From assembly GCA_030141605.1 (NCBI GenBank), contig JAQGDQ010000112.1, positions 124,001-188,000 on the forward strand: a DNA stretch of 64,000 nucleotides, written 5' to 3'. This document shows, in pieces, positions 1 to 27,600 of this stretch; the first letter of the stretch is position 1; every line of letters begins with the position of its first letter. Source of the DNA: Tubiluchus corallicola (lineage: Eukaryota; Animalia; Priapulida). The notes under the pieces were generated by a model. That model had not been told where the DNA came from. It searched no databases and was given only the letters and a program-made list of their open reading frames with translations. The position numbers were made by a program, and so were the translations under genes.

Positions 1-629
1 TTTTATTAATTAAAACTACGCTAGTTCTTTTTGTATAGGCCTGTCTAGTCTGTCTAGTTTGCATAGTGTTTGTCGTATATGCTTGTTTACCTTAATGCTT
101 CTTCCGGTTAACATGTGTAATTAGTCTGTCCAGACTCTGACTGTATAGTAAAATGTCACGTAGTCGTCACGTCTGTATAGATTCTAAAGTTTTTAATGTC
201 TTAATAACGAATTGAAGAAGCATTTGTTAGTACTTTTCAACAAAGTTGTCTTAAAAATAATGAAGATTAATGTTTTGTAGAAACAACTTCAGTAAATGGC
301 GCATTAACTGCTCCTGAAGGGACAATAATAAGATGAACAGCAAGAATACAAGATGCTTTAATAAGCAAAAGCAATTTTCCTGATGAGCTGCAGCTCTTAT
401 TTCAGTCTTACAATAATTATTATTTCAATGGTTATAGAATTTCGCACAGAAGGTACAGAGAAGATTGCAATTTGATAAACTACCCACTAGAGTCTGTTTA
501 CCTGTTCTAACTATAATACGAGTGTTTTGATAATCTACAATTTAATATAAACAAATTAGCTTTAACTTAATTTAGTTTGGTTGAATTTGGTTTGTAGTTT
601 GGTTTAATTTCGTTTACTTTAGTTTAGTT

Positions 630-1135
630 GAGTGTAGCGTAGTGTAGTGAAGTGTACTGTAGCGTAGTGTTGTGTAATGTAATGCAGCGTTGAGTAGTGT
701 AGCGTTGTGTAGTGTGTAGTGTAGTGAAGTGTAGTGTAGCGTAGCCCCGTGTTGTGTAATGTAGTGTAGTGTAGTGTAGTGTAGCGTAGTGTAGCATAGC
801 GTAGTGTTGTGTAATGTAATGCAGCGTTGAGTAGTGTAGCGTTGTGTAGTGTAGTGTAGTGTAGTGTAGCATAGTGTAGTGTAGCGTAATGTAGCGTAGC
901 GCAGTGTTGTGTAATGTAGTGTAGTGCAGTGTAGTGTAGTGTAGTGTAGTGTAGTGTAGTGTAGTGTAGTGTAGTGTAGTGTAGTGTAGTGTAGTGTAGT
1001 GTAGTGTAGTGTAGTGTAGTGTAATGTAGTGTAGTGCAGTGTTGTTGTGTTATGTAATGTAGCGTAGCGTAGGGCAGTGTTGTGTTGTGTAGTGTAGTGT
1101 TGTACAGTGTAGTGTAGCATAGGGTACTACAGTGT
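630..1135. repeat. Pentanucleotide microsatellite (GTAGT)n with degenerate flanks
   Basis: Long pure run of gtagt at about 930-1020. Explains the LHYTT-repeat ORFs. Confidence 0.95.
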
Positions 1136-1994
1136 AGGTATAGTTTAATGTAGTATATTCTTCTTAGTACGTTGCTTTGCATTGTTCGTCTTGGCTTCCT
1201 TACTATACTTTACTTTACTTTATACTTTCATTTGGTTTGGTTTGATTTCATTTAGTTTAAAGTTTATTTATTCACATCAACTCAATGAATGTATTGTATT
1301 ACAATAATTCGTATATGTAATTGTTTGTCTCCTACTTTGGCGTATTTATATTATTATTGCATGGAGGACGGATACATCATAATGTCTCAAATTCTGCTGA
1401 CACAGAATTTCTTGTCTGTCTTGACTAGAACTGAAAGTTACAGTTATGAAAGCACGTTGCAAAACACAGAATTGTTGCGCTTCCGTACAAATCGAATTAC
1501 TACTTTTAGTATGCGAGCAGTAACTCAAATTTGGAAAGTTCCCGTGAAAATAATTTATGTTAAGGCAGAAATGCTCGGACTCACGCCCACAGCGGCTTGC
1601 TAAGATTTGGTTTCGAAATGTTGTCCTTGCCTTGCTTCGCATTGAGTAATTAAACGATTTGACTTGATGATTTCCTTAACTGGAGATTTCTCGTGTGCTA
1701 GATCGACTTTGCACGAGTCTTTTTTTGTCATTTTGAATGCAGAATCTCTAGTTCTGCATGAAGTTTCGAATGATCATAGCTTCGTATACAAATTGCAGAT
1801 TTTGGGAATATTTCTTTGTATGCATTTGCTCATCAGTAAAGAGAAAATTACTTTGTTACGGAGTTTAACTTTCGTTGCATAACGTTAGATTGTAAATGTG
1901 GCTGTCCAGGTGGAAATGAAGGAACAAACTAAGGAATAGCTAGTAGACTATATTATGATGTTGAGCGGAATATGCTGATTCGCTCCGTCGCGGC

Positions 1995-1996
<2 letters not shown>

Positions 1997-2027
<31 letters not shown>

Positions 2028-2228
2028 TGTATGTATGTATGTATGTATGTATGTATGTATGTATGTATGTATGTATGTATGTATGTATGTATGTATGTAT
2101 GTATGTATGTATGTATGTATGTATGTATGTATGTATGTATGTATGTATGTATGTATGTATGTATGTATGTATGCATGCATGCATGCATGTATGTATGTAT
2201 GTATGTATGTATGTATGTATGTATGTAT
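1997..2228. repeat. Tetranucleotide microsatellite (ATGT)n
   Basis: Direct inspection; a short (ATGC) interruption near 2172-2188. Confidence 0.97.
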
Positions 2229-2749
2229 AACATCATTTGTTTCGCAAATTAATGCAATACACAATACAGAAGTAGATATAGATAATAACGATAGAAATAT
2301 ATACGAAACATAATACAACGTATACAATTTTGAACTAGTTACTTAGTAAACATAAAATAATCTCATTCAGTTCATTTAATCTGAAACCTTCAATAATTAA
2401 TTCACGTTGACAAGACAAATAGATTTCATGAATTAGTTTTTCTTCTACGGTATAATTTAAATTCATTTTCGCAAAAAATTCTATTTTCTCCTAGTTTTGT
2501 TAGACTGGACTGATCATTCAGAATGTTTAGAGAGAAGAGAATTTCTTTATTAGTTTGACTGACGTGTTTGTACATCTTTAACGTCCTTTTACATAAAATG
2601 CTAATAAGGCGTACAGTTTCGGCTATGCAACGTGTCATATTTGAATGGGAGTCGTACGGAACAGCTAAAATTCGTCACAAAGATTTTCTAAATTCTAAAT
2701 TAACTTAATGTTACTGTCAGTTAGGCAGAAAATACTACTACCTTAAAAT

Positions 2750-3110
2750 GCAAAACAATACGAAAAGAATTTTAGCAATACCCTTTTATCAGAAATAGTC
2801 TTAAAGTAACATAACATTGAATTTACAGATTTAATAAAATCTTGGTTACAACGCAGATTGTCAGTATTTTGATCTAATCAGTAGTTAAGACAATGCCTTA
2901 AGTGAACAACTTCATCATACCATTTTAATCAAGTTCCATTAACAATAATCCTCGGGATATTGTTTTGCTGGTGTTTTCTAAACAGAATACATTTTGATTT
3001 TGCCAAAATGATCAACATATCATGTTTCTTACTAAAGTCTGTGCAAATATCCAATGTGACTTTTAAACCTGTTAAGGAGGGAGCCAGTAGGATTACCTCA
3101 TCAGCACAGT
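2750..3110 (-). mobile_element. Degenerate non-LTR retrotransposon (LINE) reverse transcriptase fragment
   Basis: Minus-strand translation CADEVILLAPSLTGLKVTLDICTDFSKKHDML...KSKCILF resembles the RT YADD-(I/L)LLAPS...L..L..C...KSK motif. A V-HLG motif follows after a stop codon. Confidence 0.75.
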
Positions 3111-3129
3111 TGCGTGTAAAAGAGAAGTT

Positions 3130-3395
3130 GCAGATGTAAATAACTCGCCAGATATCTAATCCATTAATCTCAATGCTGGTTGTCTTTACGGAACAGGTGC
3201 TCAGATGCAATACGCATCGGTACATTAGTCCACTGAATTAACGAGACCATTTGATAGCGTCGGTTTTGTTCCTGGTTTCCAACACCACTATGTCATGGCT
3301 TCATGACGAGTCCATCACAACGTGGGTTGGGGGTGGGGTGGGGTCTTGGTAGGAAGGGGGAGATCGATAATAAATAGCATTTCGCCCCTGTAGCA
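3130..3395 (+). mobile_element. Dispersed repeat family B, partial copy 1 (solo-LTR-like or SINE-like)
   Basis: Shares ACGGAACAGGTGCT(C/T)AG...ATGGCTTC...ATCACA...GCATTTCGCCCC with copies at 16578-16992 and 24168-24495. Confidence 0.7.
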
Positions 3396-3984
3396 ATATT
3401 TTGCAGGACAAAATTGGTGTAATCGCGTGTATTGGATATTTTCAACTAACGTCACCAGAAAATTTGCTACCATTTTGACGTCTACCTGAATCGGTGTTTA
3501 GTTCAGTTTCCTAGTTAACATTTTCATAGAATGCAGGCGTATCAAAGTGCACATAAGTCACATAAGACCAAGAAATAGTTTTATGGATTTAGTTAGTTGT
3601 ATTAAATCTTACAATCTTATTAAATTCTTACGTTTACATGCCTCTCAATAGCTTGTGTATCTTTCGAAACTTAACGGCGATTAACCCCAAATGAGCCAAA
3701 TTGGTTTATATCAAATCCCCCAGTTTCTACTAAACACGAGGTACCAAGTTTTAGCATTTATTGTTTTCTAAATTGTCCACGCTTGTTTAATTGCTAGTCA
3801 TTACTTAACGAACATGGATAAAGAGTTAACCACTGCCTAAACGAGTACAGTGAAAACGTGCACTAATGAGTGAAAATGTCAACTTCTTTCTTGTATTAAC
3901 TGAGGAACTATGCCAGTCGAATAAAATTTATTTTGGCTGACTGATTTTGTTGACATTTTAGACGTTAGGCATAAATCAGCTCCT

Positions 3985-4250
3985 CTTCATCGTCATATAA
4001 GTCATCTTCATCATCATGTCATCATAATTCGTTACCACGATCGTCTTTGTCGTCGTCGTTGTCATCATCGTCACCATCATCATCATCATCATCCTCAGGA
4101 TCCCCACCACTACCACCACTATCATCATCATCATCAACAACAACAACAACAACAATAACAACAACAACAACAACATCATCATCATCATTATCATCATTAT
4201 CATAGTCATCATCTTCGTCATCCTTGTCGTCGTTGTCGTTATTATCGTAA
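3985..4250. repeat. Compound trinucleotide repeat (CAT/CGT/CAA/CAC)n
   Basis: Direct inspection. Confidence 0.9.
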
Positions 4251-5149
4251 TTATGGTTCGCAGTCAGTTTGCAACATGATAGCAAACTATTAGCTTGCGG
4301 GGAAATTTAATATCGTAGTTAATTATTGGTGGTAGCGACGCGCAACGTTGCGTTATAAAATATTTAATGTATGGAGTGAAGACGCCATTTAAACGAAACA
4401 AATAAGCAGGCGGCAAGAAAAGAAATGACTTTGATTTTTTTATTTTCAGTTCTTGGCTTTATTAAATTTCGTGCTCTCAGGCGATATGCTACAGACCATC
4501 GACATTTTGACTATTTTGACCATTTTGGCCATTGGCACCGTTTGTTTAAGTGACATTATGGAACATTGTGGGAGTTTCTTTTCGCCTGCTTAATCAGTTA
4601 GTAATCAAAGAAAAGTTAGTAAAACAAAGTTAGTAATAAATAACAGTTAATATATAAAAAAATAAAATCCCAAGAATCTTTCACTTTTGTTGGCTAAGTG
4701 TTTCATGTTAGATGATGATGCTGAGATAAGTTCCCGTCCCGCCTCACCACGTATGATTTGTATCTTAACTTGCATCATCTGTATGCCAAAAAGAGGCTGT
4801 ACCATTGAATATGGACGCGTGTTAATCATTCACTATCCAGCTATTTTTGTCAACTGGATTTACAGGATTCTTCTGACAAAGCCTTGGTGGCTTGTTCTGA
4901 ATTGTCCACAGGCTGAATGATTGCAGGAATTGAGTTGAAATCACCATCTGATATCCAGGACAGTGATTTATTAAAAAATCATTTGATCGTAGGTAAGATT
5001 ACAGCATCAGGCTCTAAGCAGACTTACCGCGAATCCTAGCCTATCAAATACGAAATCATTGGCTTTTCTAAAAAGTAGTGTAGATCTGTTTTGCCCATCC
5101 GTGCTTTATGGAACGCGCCAGCAGCAGCGACATCAGAAAACGAGACAGT

Positions 5150-5745
5150 TTAAAGGAAAAGACAAGACATTTCGAATGTTCGATTTATCTTACTGTTACC
5201 ATTTAAACTTAGTGATAACAGTGTCAATACTCAGACTCAGTCTATCTCCAGTGATAAAACTGATAACAGTGGCAAAACACTGTCCATAAAACATGAAATT
5301 AATTTTTACTATTGCTGCATTGAAATTTGCCCGCTCGGTGGTAACCGCAATTCACGTGAAAATTATGACGCAGCTAGTAGACTTCGTGACTTTTCGTTAG
5401 CACGTCGTGGCTTTTCGTAAAGGTGTGCTGCTTAAATTAATTCAAACTTCTTTAACTTAACGAAAGCTTATACAAAAATATTACAATTGCTTGTCTAATT
5501 TTTTGTGAAAATTTATTATACTTTTGAACGAAATTGATAGTGCGCTGCTTTTCTTCAGCCGGCGAATGACGTCATTGGTGGAAGAACACACATTCAAAAT
5601 GGAAGCACCAAAGCGTGAACTCATTGCAATTTAAAGTGATTTTAATAATTACACGAGGCTTATCACACTTTTATTACTAAATCCTAATATTTTTGCGAAC
5701 ATTGATATAGGCCCAACTTCCTCTATAGCTTGGCATTTTCTTTAA
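5150..5745 (+). mobile_element. T2/Kolobok-type MITE, copy 1 (TTAA-AGG termini)
   Basis: Starts TTAAAGGAAAAGACAAG and ends CTTGGCATTTTCTTTAA. The interior aligns with 19075-19644 and, inverted, with 39322-39528. Confidence 0.7.
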
Positions 5746-6565
5746 ATGAATGAAAAGTTGTTTACTAAAGATAAAATTCCTTTACGAGAGATATAGTGGC
5801 TCGATTAAAATGTAGAACAAATAATAAGAAATTCACGCAGGAGATCGGAATAAATAGATAGCAATAAATTCTCAGATGCACAGTTATTTTTAGCTCACTT
5901 CCTCGCAAAGTCACTTGGAATTAGTAACCGTTCTGAATCTGTTCCTGAAAATGATAGGGGTGGTTGCTCTTTGTAAATTGCTTATCCAAGTTATAAATTA
6001 GCAAAAAAAATTTGAGATGCGTTGTTACTTTTGGCTATGCATTTCTTTGCAAGGTCACTTGGAGTTGGTAACTATCCTTCCAAATGATTAAGGCGACATT
6101 TCTTGTAATGTATTTATTTACAAAGCGCTCTTTCTATATGTTTTTAAAGGTTTTGTACAATAAAATGTATTTAGATAAAAGTACTAAAATATTATAATAA
6201 AATTTGGCCTATCTATTAATCATCAATAACCTACAAAACTTTCACCACTTATACATTAAAATACTGCTTACAAAGATGAGTTTTTAGTTTCCTTTTAAAG
6301 AACTTTTATAAGTTCTAATTTCAGTTGGCACCAATTACGACTTGTTCCCAATATTTTGGAGCCATGCTAAGACTTTTTTTATTAAATGGAACAACAAGTT
6401 AATTCATTCGCTTTGACTAAAAAACGGCTACACAAATTTTCATCTTTTTTAATGAATGGTTTTTAATAATGACTGTTTTTGCATTTTAGACTGAGATGAC
6501 CATGGATGATCTCCTTGAATACTGTGTCTTAATACCAAATATTTGTTGGATCCGCTTGTGACAGA

Positions 6566-15603
<9,038 letters not shown>

Positions 15604-16577
15604 TGCATGAGGCGGGACTGGTATTGCAAACATTATTTCTGTAAATAATACTATTAATTTGTTAGTGTAAAAGCACCATAAACTGTGCCATTCCTGATTT
15701 GAACTTTTCTAAAGGGAGTCTCACACCAACTTTGAAAGCCACCATAAACACCTTTTAGTTCGCAGTTGTCTTTACGAAATGTCTCTATTACGTCAGCAAA
15801 AAGGATCTAGTTACAGTTCATAATATTGTGCGTGCAATAAAAAGATGTTAGTTTTCGCTGAGTTTGCACCAAGATTGATCCGAAAGAGCGTGCAGACGAG
15901 AACGGAGACGGCCAGAACTTGTGGAAATTGGAGAAATATTTGAAAACGAAAAAACATTTCCGAGTGTATAGTGACTTTCTTCTTTTTATATTAACTTTAG
16001 CCACAGAATGCACAATAAGGAAAGGAGAGCCGACAAGTTTTTGCTTAGTTAGTTAGTTAGTTTATTTTTCCAAAAGGTGCCGTGACCTTATGTACATTTC
16101 TACATGCATTACAATACACACACTTCTTTTACAACAAACAAAACAAATTCAAAATTTTTACAAGATATTGGGATATCGGCTCAGGCACAAGTAACCTAAG
16201 ATAAGAACAATTAAAAAAGATCATGAGAAACTTTGGACAACTTCATGTTTAATTGCTATCAAAGTTGGAGCCTTTGCTTTGGTGCACAATGTAAACATTT
16301 GTTTATAATGCTTGAGTTTGTGTATATAGCAACAGAAGTAACCTTATGCGTAATATTTTGACGAGGCAGTTTTTTGGATAGTTTTTTATCATTATAAGTG
16401 ATGAAATCGGGCAACAAGAGATTATGATAAATCTTTCCACACAATAACTTTATGCACTCAGTTACATGTACTAAACTTATGTAACCAGCAAAATTTGTTT
16501 GAAAATTGTTCATTCATACCATTTTGTTTCGTGAAACTGTGCGCCTTGACAGACTAAAAAGTGGTGTATTACAATAT

Positions 16578-16992
16578 TGTAACGCCGGGGGTGCTTACCA
16601 CCAGGGGATGGAGGTAGCATCTACTCTCCTGAGCGGTTCGAGAGTCCAGATTTCTCGGAGGCCAAGAGGTGGTGGTTTAATAATACTGGAAATTGTGCCG
16701 TCATGTAAAAAATATACGCATGTTTCAGCCAGCGTTTTGTAGAAAAGTGAAATTCAGAATAGAGAAATTAATGTTAAAAGACTTGACAGTAATTTATCTT
16801 TCGTCATCCATGCAAGTTAGACTATGGAACAGGTGCTTAGATGGCACTCGCACTATCCGTCTACCTGCTGAATTGACGAGGCCATTCCATATAAGGAGTT
16901 TCATACCTGCTACGCATTGCTGATATGCAATGGCTTCGTAATGGGCCGAACCATCACAGTGTTGAGGTCGGTGGCGTTTCGCCGTCGTAACA
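16578..16992 (+). mobile_element. Dispersed repeat family B, copy 2 (TGT...ACA termini; solo-LTR-like)
   Basis: Begins TGTAACG and ends CGTAACA. The 3' half aligns with 3188-3395 and 24320-24495. Confidence 0.65.
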
Positions 16993-18624
16993 CTAAAAAG
17001 CATGGACAATAGAACGTCTCTTTTTTTGGTCTGGATTAATTCAGTATGCCGGATTAACGTTTTATTGTAGTTAAAATAAAAACTGTTTGTGCTGTAATAG
17101 CATTTTAAAGAGCAGACTGGCTGCACACTTATGGTAATTATGAGTGCTTTTCATGCGCGTCACGCCTTGTAAAGAAATTGTCGTAATTCTTTTAGTTTTT
17201 CATATAAAAACCGTTTAAGTGCAGAATAATAATTATTTTTCGTACGTAGTAGTGAACTTTGAAAGCGTATAGCATTTTTTAATACCTGTACAGTTTACAT
17301 ATCTATACATAATATGTTTTAGTAATTATAGAACATTGTTTGCTATTATTAAGTCACAGTAAGAATTTTATGCTATTTATTGATTATTGTTAAGCTGTAT
17401 TTGTCTAAAGTATTGTTGCATATTCTATAATGTTACATTTTGTTTGGATTTGATATTAAATAAAGGATTAAGTTTCCTACTGGCAGTTGCACTAGCTACT
17501 AAGATATCGTTTCCCAATTCAAGAAAAACTCTAGAAGGTCGACAAAAAAGGTCGACCAGGTTGTTAGTTAATTTAACAAATATTTTACTCACGAAAGGTA
17601 AACTAAGCGACTTGAGGTGTGTGATTGGTAGATGAAAACGGGCATGATAAGTAAAAATGGTCCAAAACTGATGATTTATATCAGAAAACAGGCGTTTTGT
17701 TTAATGCTGCTGTAATCGTCTTTTATAGAAAAAAATCATCTTTTTTAGAGAAATTACTTTACATGAAGATTTTCTGAAACAAACTTTAATGTTATGAGCA
17801 ACACCACGACCAGCAGGACGACAATTGATAAGTTAATCCTAGAGAGTGAATGATCGAAATATTAATGATTTTTCCAAACAGAAAAAACACAAAAATTGCG
17901 ATCAGTCATGTAAACAATACTAAGACATATCGAGGTATTGAAGCAGTTACCATAGAATAGGTAAGACTGGCCTCAGAGATGAAAAAACCTTGTTTTATGC
18001 GCCTTGTGACGGTAGATTGTCACATACGTGTATTTGAACTCTAGTTATAGATATACAGATTCGGGTTATAAATTTGTTAAATCTTTGTCCTAGTACATTG
18101 TCTTTTCACATCAAAGCAAATTTCAGTGCGATTATAACGTGAAAACTTCGATACAACTACAGCCAGCTAATGTTGTGGTAAAAAAAAGCACGTAACTTGA
18201 TACCTCCTCGTTATCATAACAAATTTGTTACCATAAGTGTGATGCCAAACTGGCATACTAGATAAACAGTGATTGATGACTTAATAGACCTACATTAGCT
18301 AGACCTTTGACGCCGAAAGTACATAATAATCTTATCCTACAGTTTCTATTAAAATGCGTGAAGTGAAATCGAAGACAGAAACAAGATTTCTTCTTCTATT
18401 CGAGTGGCAACCGTCATCGTGATAACGTGGTAAGTAATTAAGTTTGTCAAGATAAAATTAACACCTGCTGCAATACTTTGATTATGCCCTCATAACATTG
18501 ATAATTACTTCATGCGCGCTTATGGTATTCACTACTATTACCTCCAATGTTTTTTAAGACTACGTATTTTTATGTTCTACGTGTTTTCTTCTCTTATAGA
18601 ACTAACAACGACAACAGCAGTCAA

Positions 18625-23144
<4,520 letters not shown>

Positions 23145-23479
23145 TTAATAAAATAATAGTTAATTTTGTCTAGTATTCTGTAGATCCGATGTTAACTAGA
23201 GAGATTAGCAGAAAACGTGTTTAGGTTTCGTACCTCGGATTCATGCAAAACAGCATTTGTTTGTAAATTGCAGCTAAAACAACAAAAATAATAAATTAAC
23301 GCTAACAAACTGTGAGCTAAACGGTTCACAAAATAATTAGTCCTAAATTTTAGCTTTAATAACTTCAGCCTTTATTTAACAACTATATGAACCATGGTTT
23401 GGCCACCAGACAAATGGGTATTTAATCTTTAAATTGGCATAACAGCAGTTTGTACGCAAAAAAATAAACATTGGTTTAA

Positions 23480-24160
23480 CTATCAAATTCTACTTGCTTT
23501 CTTTGTAATTCCTACATCCTTGCCAAGTTTAGAACAAATATAATCTATAATTTTTATATTGCTTCCACGTAATGATTCATCAACTATTACACCGAGAAAC
23601 TTTGGTTCACCACCTTGTTCAATGGCACGTCCACTTAGTACTATGTTTACATCATTTTTAACATTGATAAAAAAAATTATGAAATTTGATTTGTCGACAT
23701 TTATTGAAAGTTTGTTAGCTGGAATGTCATTTATGTACACTAAAAACAACAGCGGCCCGAAAATGCACACACAATACCAAGCTTTTTAGGTGTAGCATTA
23801 TTGTAATTAACACGTTTTATTTTATTTTCTGTTATACAAGTAATTCTCAAACCGTTTTAAGCACGTGAATCTAACATCATAATGCCTTAATTTGTCAAGT
23901 AAAATCTTTTCTACGGTGTCAATGACTTTCGAGAGATCAATGAAAAGTTCAAGTGTGTACTCGTGATTTTCTACTGCTCTTGTATTTTTTTCAGCAAAAG
24001 ATGTCAATGCATAGAATGTAGAGTATTTCTCTCGAAACCCGAATTGGTAGTCATGCAGTATGTTACGCTTATCAAGAAAGTTCAATAATCGATAATACAA
24101 AAGTTTTTCACTCACATTTGAAAGTACGGGGAGCACTGAAACAGGACGATAATTAGAAAA
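23480..24160 (-). mobile_element. Degenerate LINE (CR1/L2-like) ORF2 reverse transcriptase fragment
   Basis: NYRPVSVLPVLSNVSEKLLYYRL...QFGFREKYST...FIDLSKVIDTV...GPLLFLVYINDI...KFLGVIVD, with frameshifts and an internal deletion. Confidence 0.9.
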
Positions 24161-24167
24161 TAAATAT

Positions 24168-24495
24168 TGTTGCGGAGGCGGTCAAGAGGTCCAGGGTTCA
24201 AATCTGAATCAGTCAAACCATGTTGCAGACAAATATTGCAATTGGGAAAGAAACAAAAAGAAAATTAAGATGAAAACTAGCCAGAATCTTTTCCTGTGTT
24301 CCCCGTGCTGATCATGACTACGGAACAGGTGCTTAGGTGGTAAATCCATCTGCAGACTGAACCAAGGAGGCTATTCCATAGCGACGGCTTTATATTTTTT
24401 ATTCAAAGCCACTATGCAATGGCTTCGTGCGGACGAGACTATCACAATGTTGAGAGGGGTGGGTCGAAAACAAATAGCATTTCGCCCCCGTAACG
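24168..24495 (+). mobile_element. Dispersed repeat family B, copy 3
   Basis: TGTTGCGG...CCGTAACG ends. The 3' half aligns with the other two copies. It abuts the LINE RT fragment. Confidence 0.65.
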
Positions 24496-24687
24496 CTGCC
24501 CTCTTCTACAGAAAATGGTTCGTCCTCGAGCCAGAATGAAGCACGCAGGAGAAGAAATCATATTTTATTGAAAAATAAATTTACAAATGTCAAAGTAGGC
24601 CAAAATTTCTGTTGCTACGACTAAAAAATTTTTGCCATGTGCAGTGACGGTTGACGCAGTCTTCGTTCTTGAGGAGCAATTTTCTTA

Positions 24688-27600
24688 TTATTTCCAAAGC
24701 CACTTTTCGTCGTCCAGCAGGTCAGCTAAATCTTTGTTAAAGGGGGCATAGAACTCAGCAAGTAACAGTTTGGTAGAATTGAACACCTCCACCTTCTTTT
24801 TAAACTTATTTGCTCTTATTTCCGAGACAATCTTATCTAAAAAACAAAAAAGCAACAAACAATATGTACGTTCATCACGGTGATTAATTCGATTTATTCT
24901 AGTTATTGTGCAATTATCAGCCGCTAATTGGGATAGGCTCAAACGAGTGACAGGTTTACCATCATACAAATAATGACTAGTTTAAGGAAAACAGTATGTT
25001 AATGGCCCAAGGGACTCTCATTAGCTTTTGTTTAAAAATATAAACTGATCGATGGGAAGTATCACTCTTGGATGGGAATTCTCTGAAAATATCCAATAGT
25101 TGTCTTAGAACACAGTTCTTTCTTGAAAAGAATTGTACTGCAAACTGAAATGAAATCATCTTCTGTGCTCCCATTCTGAGCACAATTTCTCATACCAACA
25201 GGAATTTTAGGTCTGGTACATCGACCAGTTTCAATTTGCAGTCTATGCGCGCGATTTTGTGTGGCAACACCAGTAATCAGAACACGATTTTGTAGTTTAC
25301 ACTCGGATTTAAACGTTTTTATTTTAAAAACTATTATCATTACGGTTAGCATTTACAAAATACTTGCTACCGTACAATTTCTTTTCCCTTAAATAAATTA
25401 ACTTTGTTTTGCTGAAAGATCAGAAGTATTTCCGATGCTATACTTCTAGGGAATTATAGTCTAAGTGTTTTCCTTTTCCCTTAAATAAATTAACTTTGTT
25501 TTGCTGAAAGATCAGAAGTATTTCCGATGCTGTACTTCTAGGGAATTATAGTCTAAGTGTTGCTGTGATAACCCCAAAAGCTATAAGGATTTAAACGCCC
25601 TGTTGCCCACATTACAGGTTTTGTTACACACCTTACAAATTCCAAGTAAAAAACAATATTATTAAACAGACCATTGTTATGCTTTTACTTAAAAGTCGAA
25701 TTTAATGTAATAACAAGTTTTATAATTTAAAGAGCTAAGCGTAACTTAAAATTTGACACAAATTTTTTTCATTTCGTGGTTTCCTTTCTAACGAAATGGG
25801 GTCTCGAACTTGCTCCACGCCAAACATTTTGTTCGGTTTTGTTCGTGAAAATTCGGAAAATCACAGGCTAAACAAATGTGCTGGGACACCTCGTCATTAC
25901 TGAATTTGTAAACAATGCTACAGTAAAATTAGCAGAGGATTGAATTTTGATGGCGCATCTAACAGGTAAAACGTGCGAAATCAAGTTCCGACTTTCTTCG
26001 GAAATGAATCCTTCATGCCCGACTTCCTCTTACATAAACTACCAAGAAAAAGTAAAAAATATCTAAAAAAATTCAATGAGTTTTGGGGTTATATAGCCTT
26101 TAATCAACACCAATATGAAATTAAATACGCACAATTTTACTTTTTTATTAAAAGCAACAGTTTCTAAGTGCAAGAAAACTTTGCACCGACATTAATACCT
26201 TTTAGTCCTAAAAACTTGTACACTTGTCGAGCCGTGGACTCAAAGTCTTTTATTGCGTCTTCAAATCGGAGGATCAACATCTGCTCTCGAGGAAAGACAC
26301 GTAGATAATGTCGTAGATAAGCCACGTAGATACCTCTGTACATACTAAATCCCTGCGTGGAAAACAAGATGTCAGAAAAGAACTGATTGACTGTATGCTT
26401 TACAAAGTTATTACAGAAAATTTGGCTGACGTTTACAGTTTCCCACACACAAGAATTAGTTTGTGAAGCGGACTATGGTTACGAGTAGGGTTAGGACTAG
26501 GGTTTGGATTAGGGTCAGGATTAGTGTTAGGGTTAGAGCGCGTTAGGTTTAGAGGTAGGGTTTGGGTCATTCGATCTCTAAACTAAGTTCACTTATCTAT
26601 TGGAAGTGATGAACACACAGTGAAAGAAAACGTCCAGAAATACAGTGAAAACAGAGCCGACAACAATATCTAACGCATTTAATTAAATTTATTTTACTTA
26701 AGGTCAGCATTAAAATAAATACAATTTTTATTCACTATCCGCACAGAAAAATGTTTATAAACATAAAACTAATCACTTATTAATAAATTGTCTCGCTGAC
26801 GATTTTAAATTCTGCACACAGTAATTTGTTCATATGAATTCACTGACTTATAGTCACATAAAGCCTGAAAAATTGACTGATTGGTAATGTTGAAACGCAA
26901 AGTAATACAAAAAACTATAAGCTCAAAAATTGGAAAAGAAAATTTAGGAAAACCTTAATGGCTTTTTATCCTAATGTGCAAATAAGTTATCAGAAAAAAG
27001 ACTGCTATAAACCTTTCAATCAAAATTTTACTCATGATCTTTAACATATTTAAAGTGTGGTTGGGTAAATGTATTAAAACTCAATTGTCTTTTGTCAACT
27101 TGGCAGGGGCTTGCCATATTGCTAATTAACTTGTCGTCATAAACTCAGTGAAGGCTCCTAAATTTAGTGGCTTTATAAGTCAAAAGTGTTGCGTGAATCA
27201 CAGAATATTGCTTTAATCTGCCCCGTTGCATTAAGGCAGCTAATTAAGTGCAGTGGCGCACCTCACCCTGTGTTACCTGCTGTGTTCCCAAACAATTTTT
27301 TCACGTCCTCTGGCACCGTCGACAGGTGATTCTATTTTTTGCAAGGGATGGGAAGTTCTATCTCATTGCGATCACATAATACGCTATGTTTAGGTTGAGG
27401 TAGCAATTGGGAGGCAAATCGGGAGAAAGGGAGGTTATCACTAAAATCTCAATTAAAAATTCCAAATCGGGAGAATTGTAATGTCTGGTATTTGTCGTAA
27501 CTGACGCAGATCTAGGTTACAATTAGGTAGTGTAATTCAATTTCAATAATGCAGTCTGTTGCTTGTACCAAAGCCGTACCTTGTTTTAAAACCAACCCTT

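Noticed and set aside
614-2327. Long ORFs with LHYTT, IHTY and MYVC repeats
   Set aside because: Translations of (GTAGT)n and (ATGT)n microsatellites, which are open in several frames at once. No splice or codon evidence.
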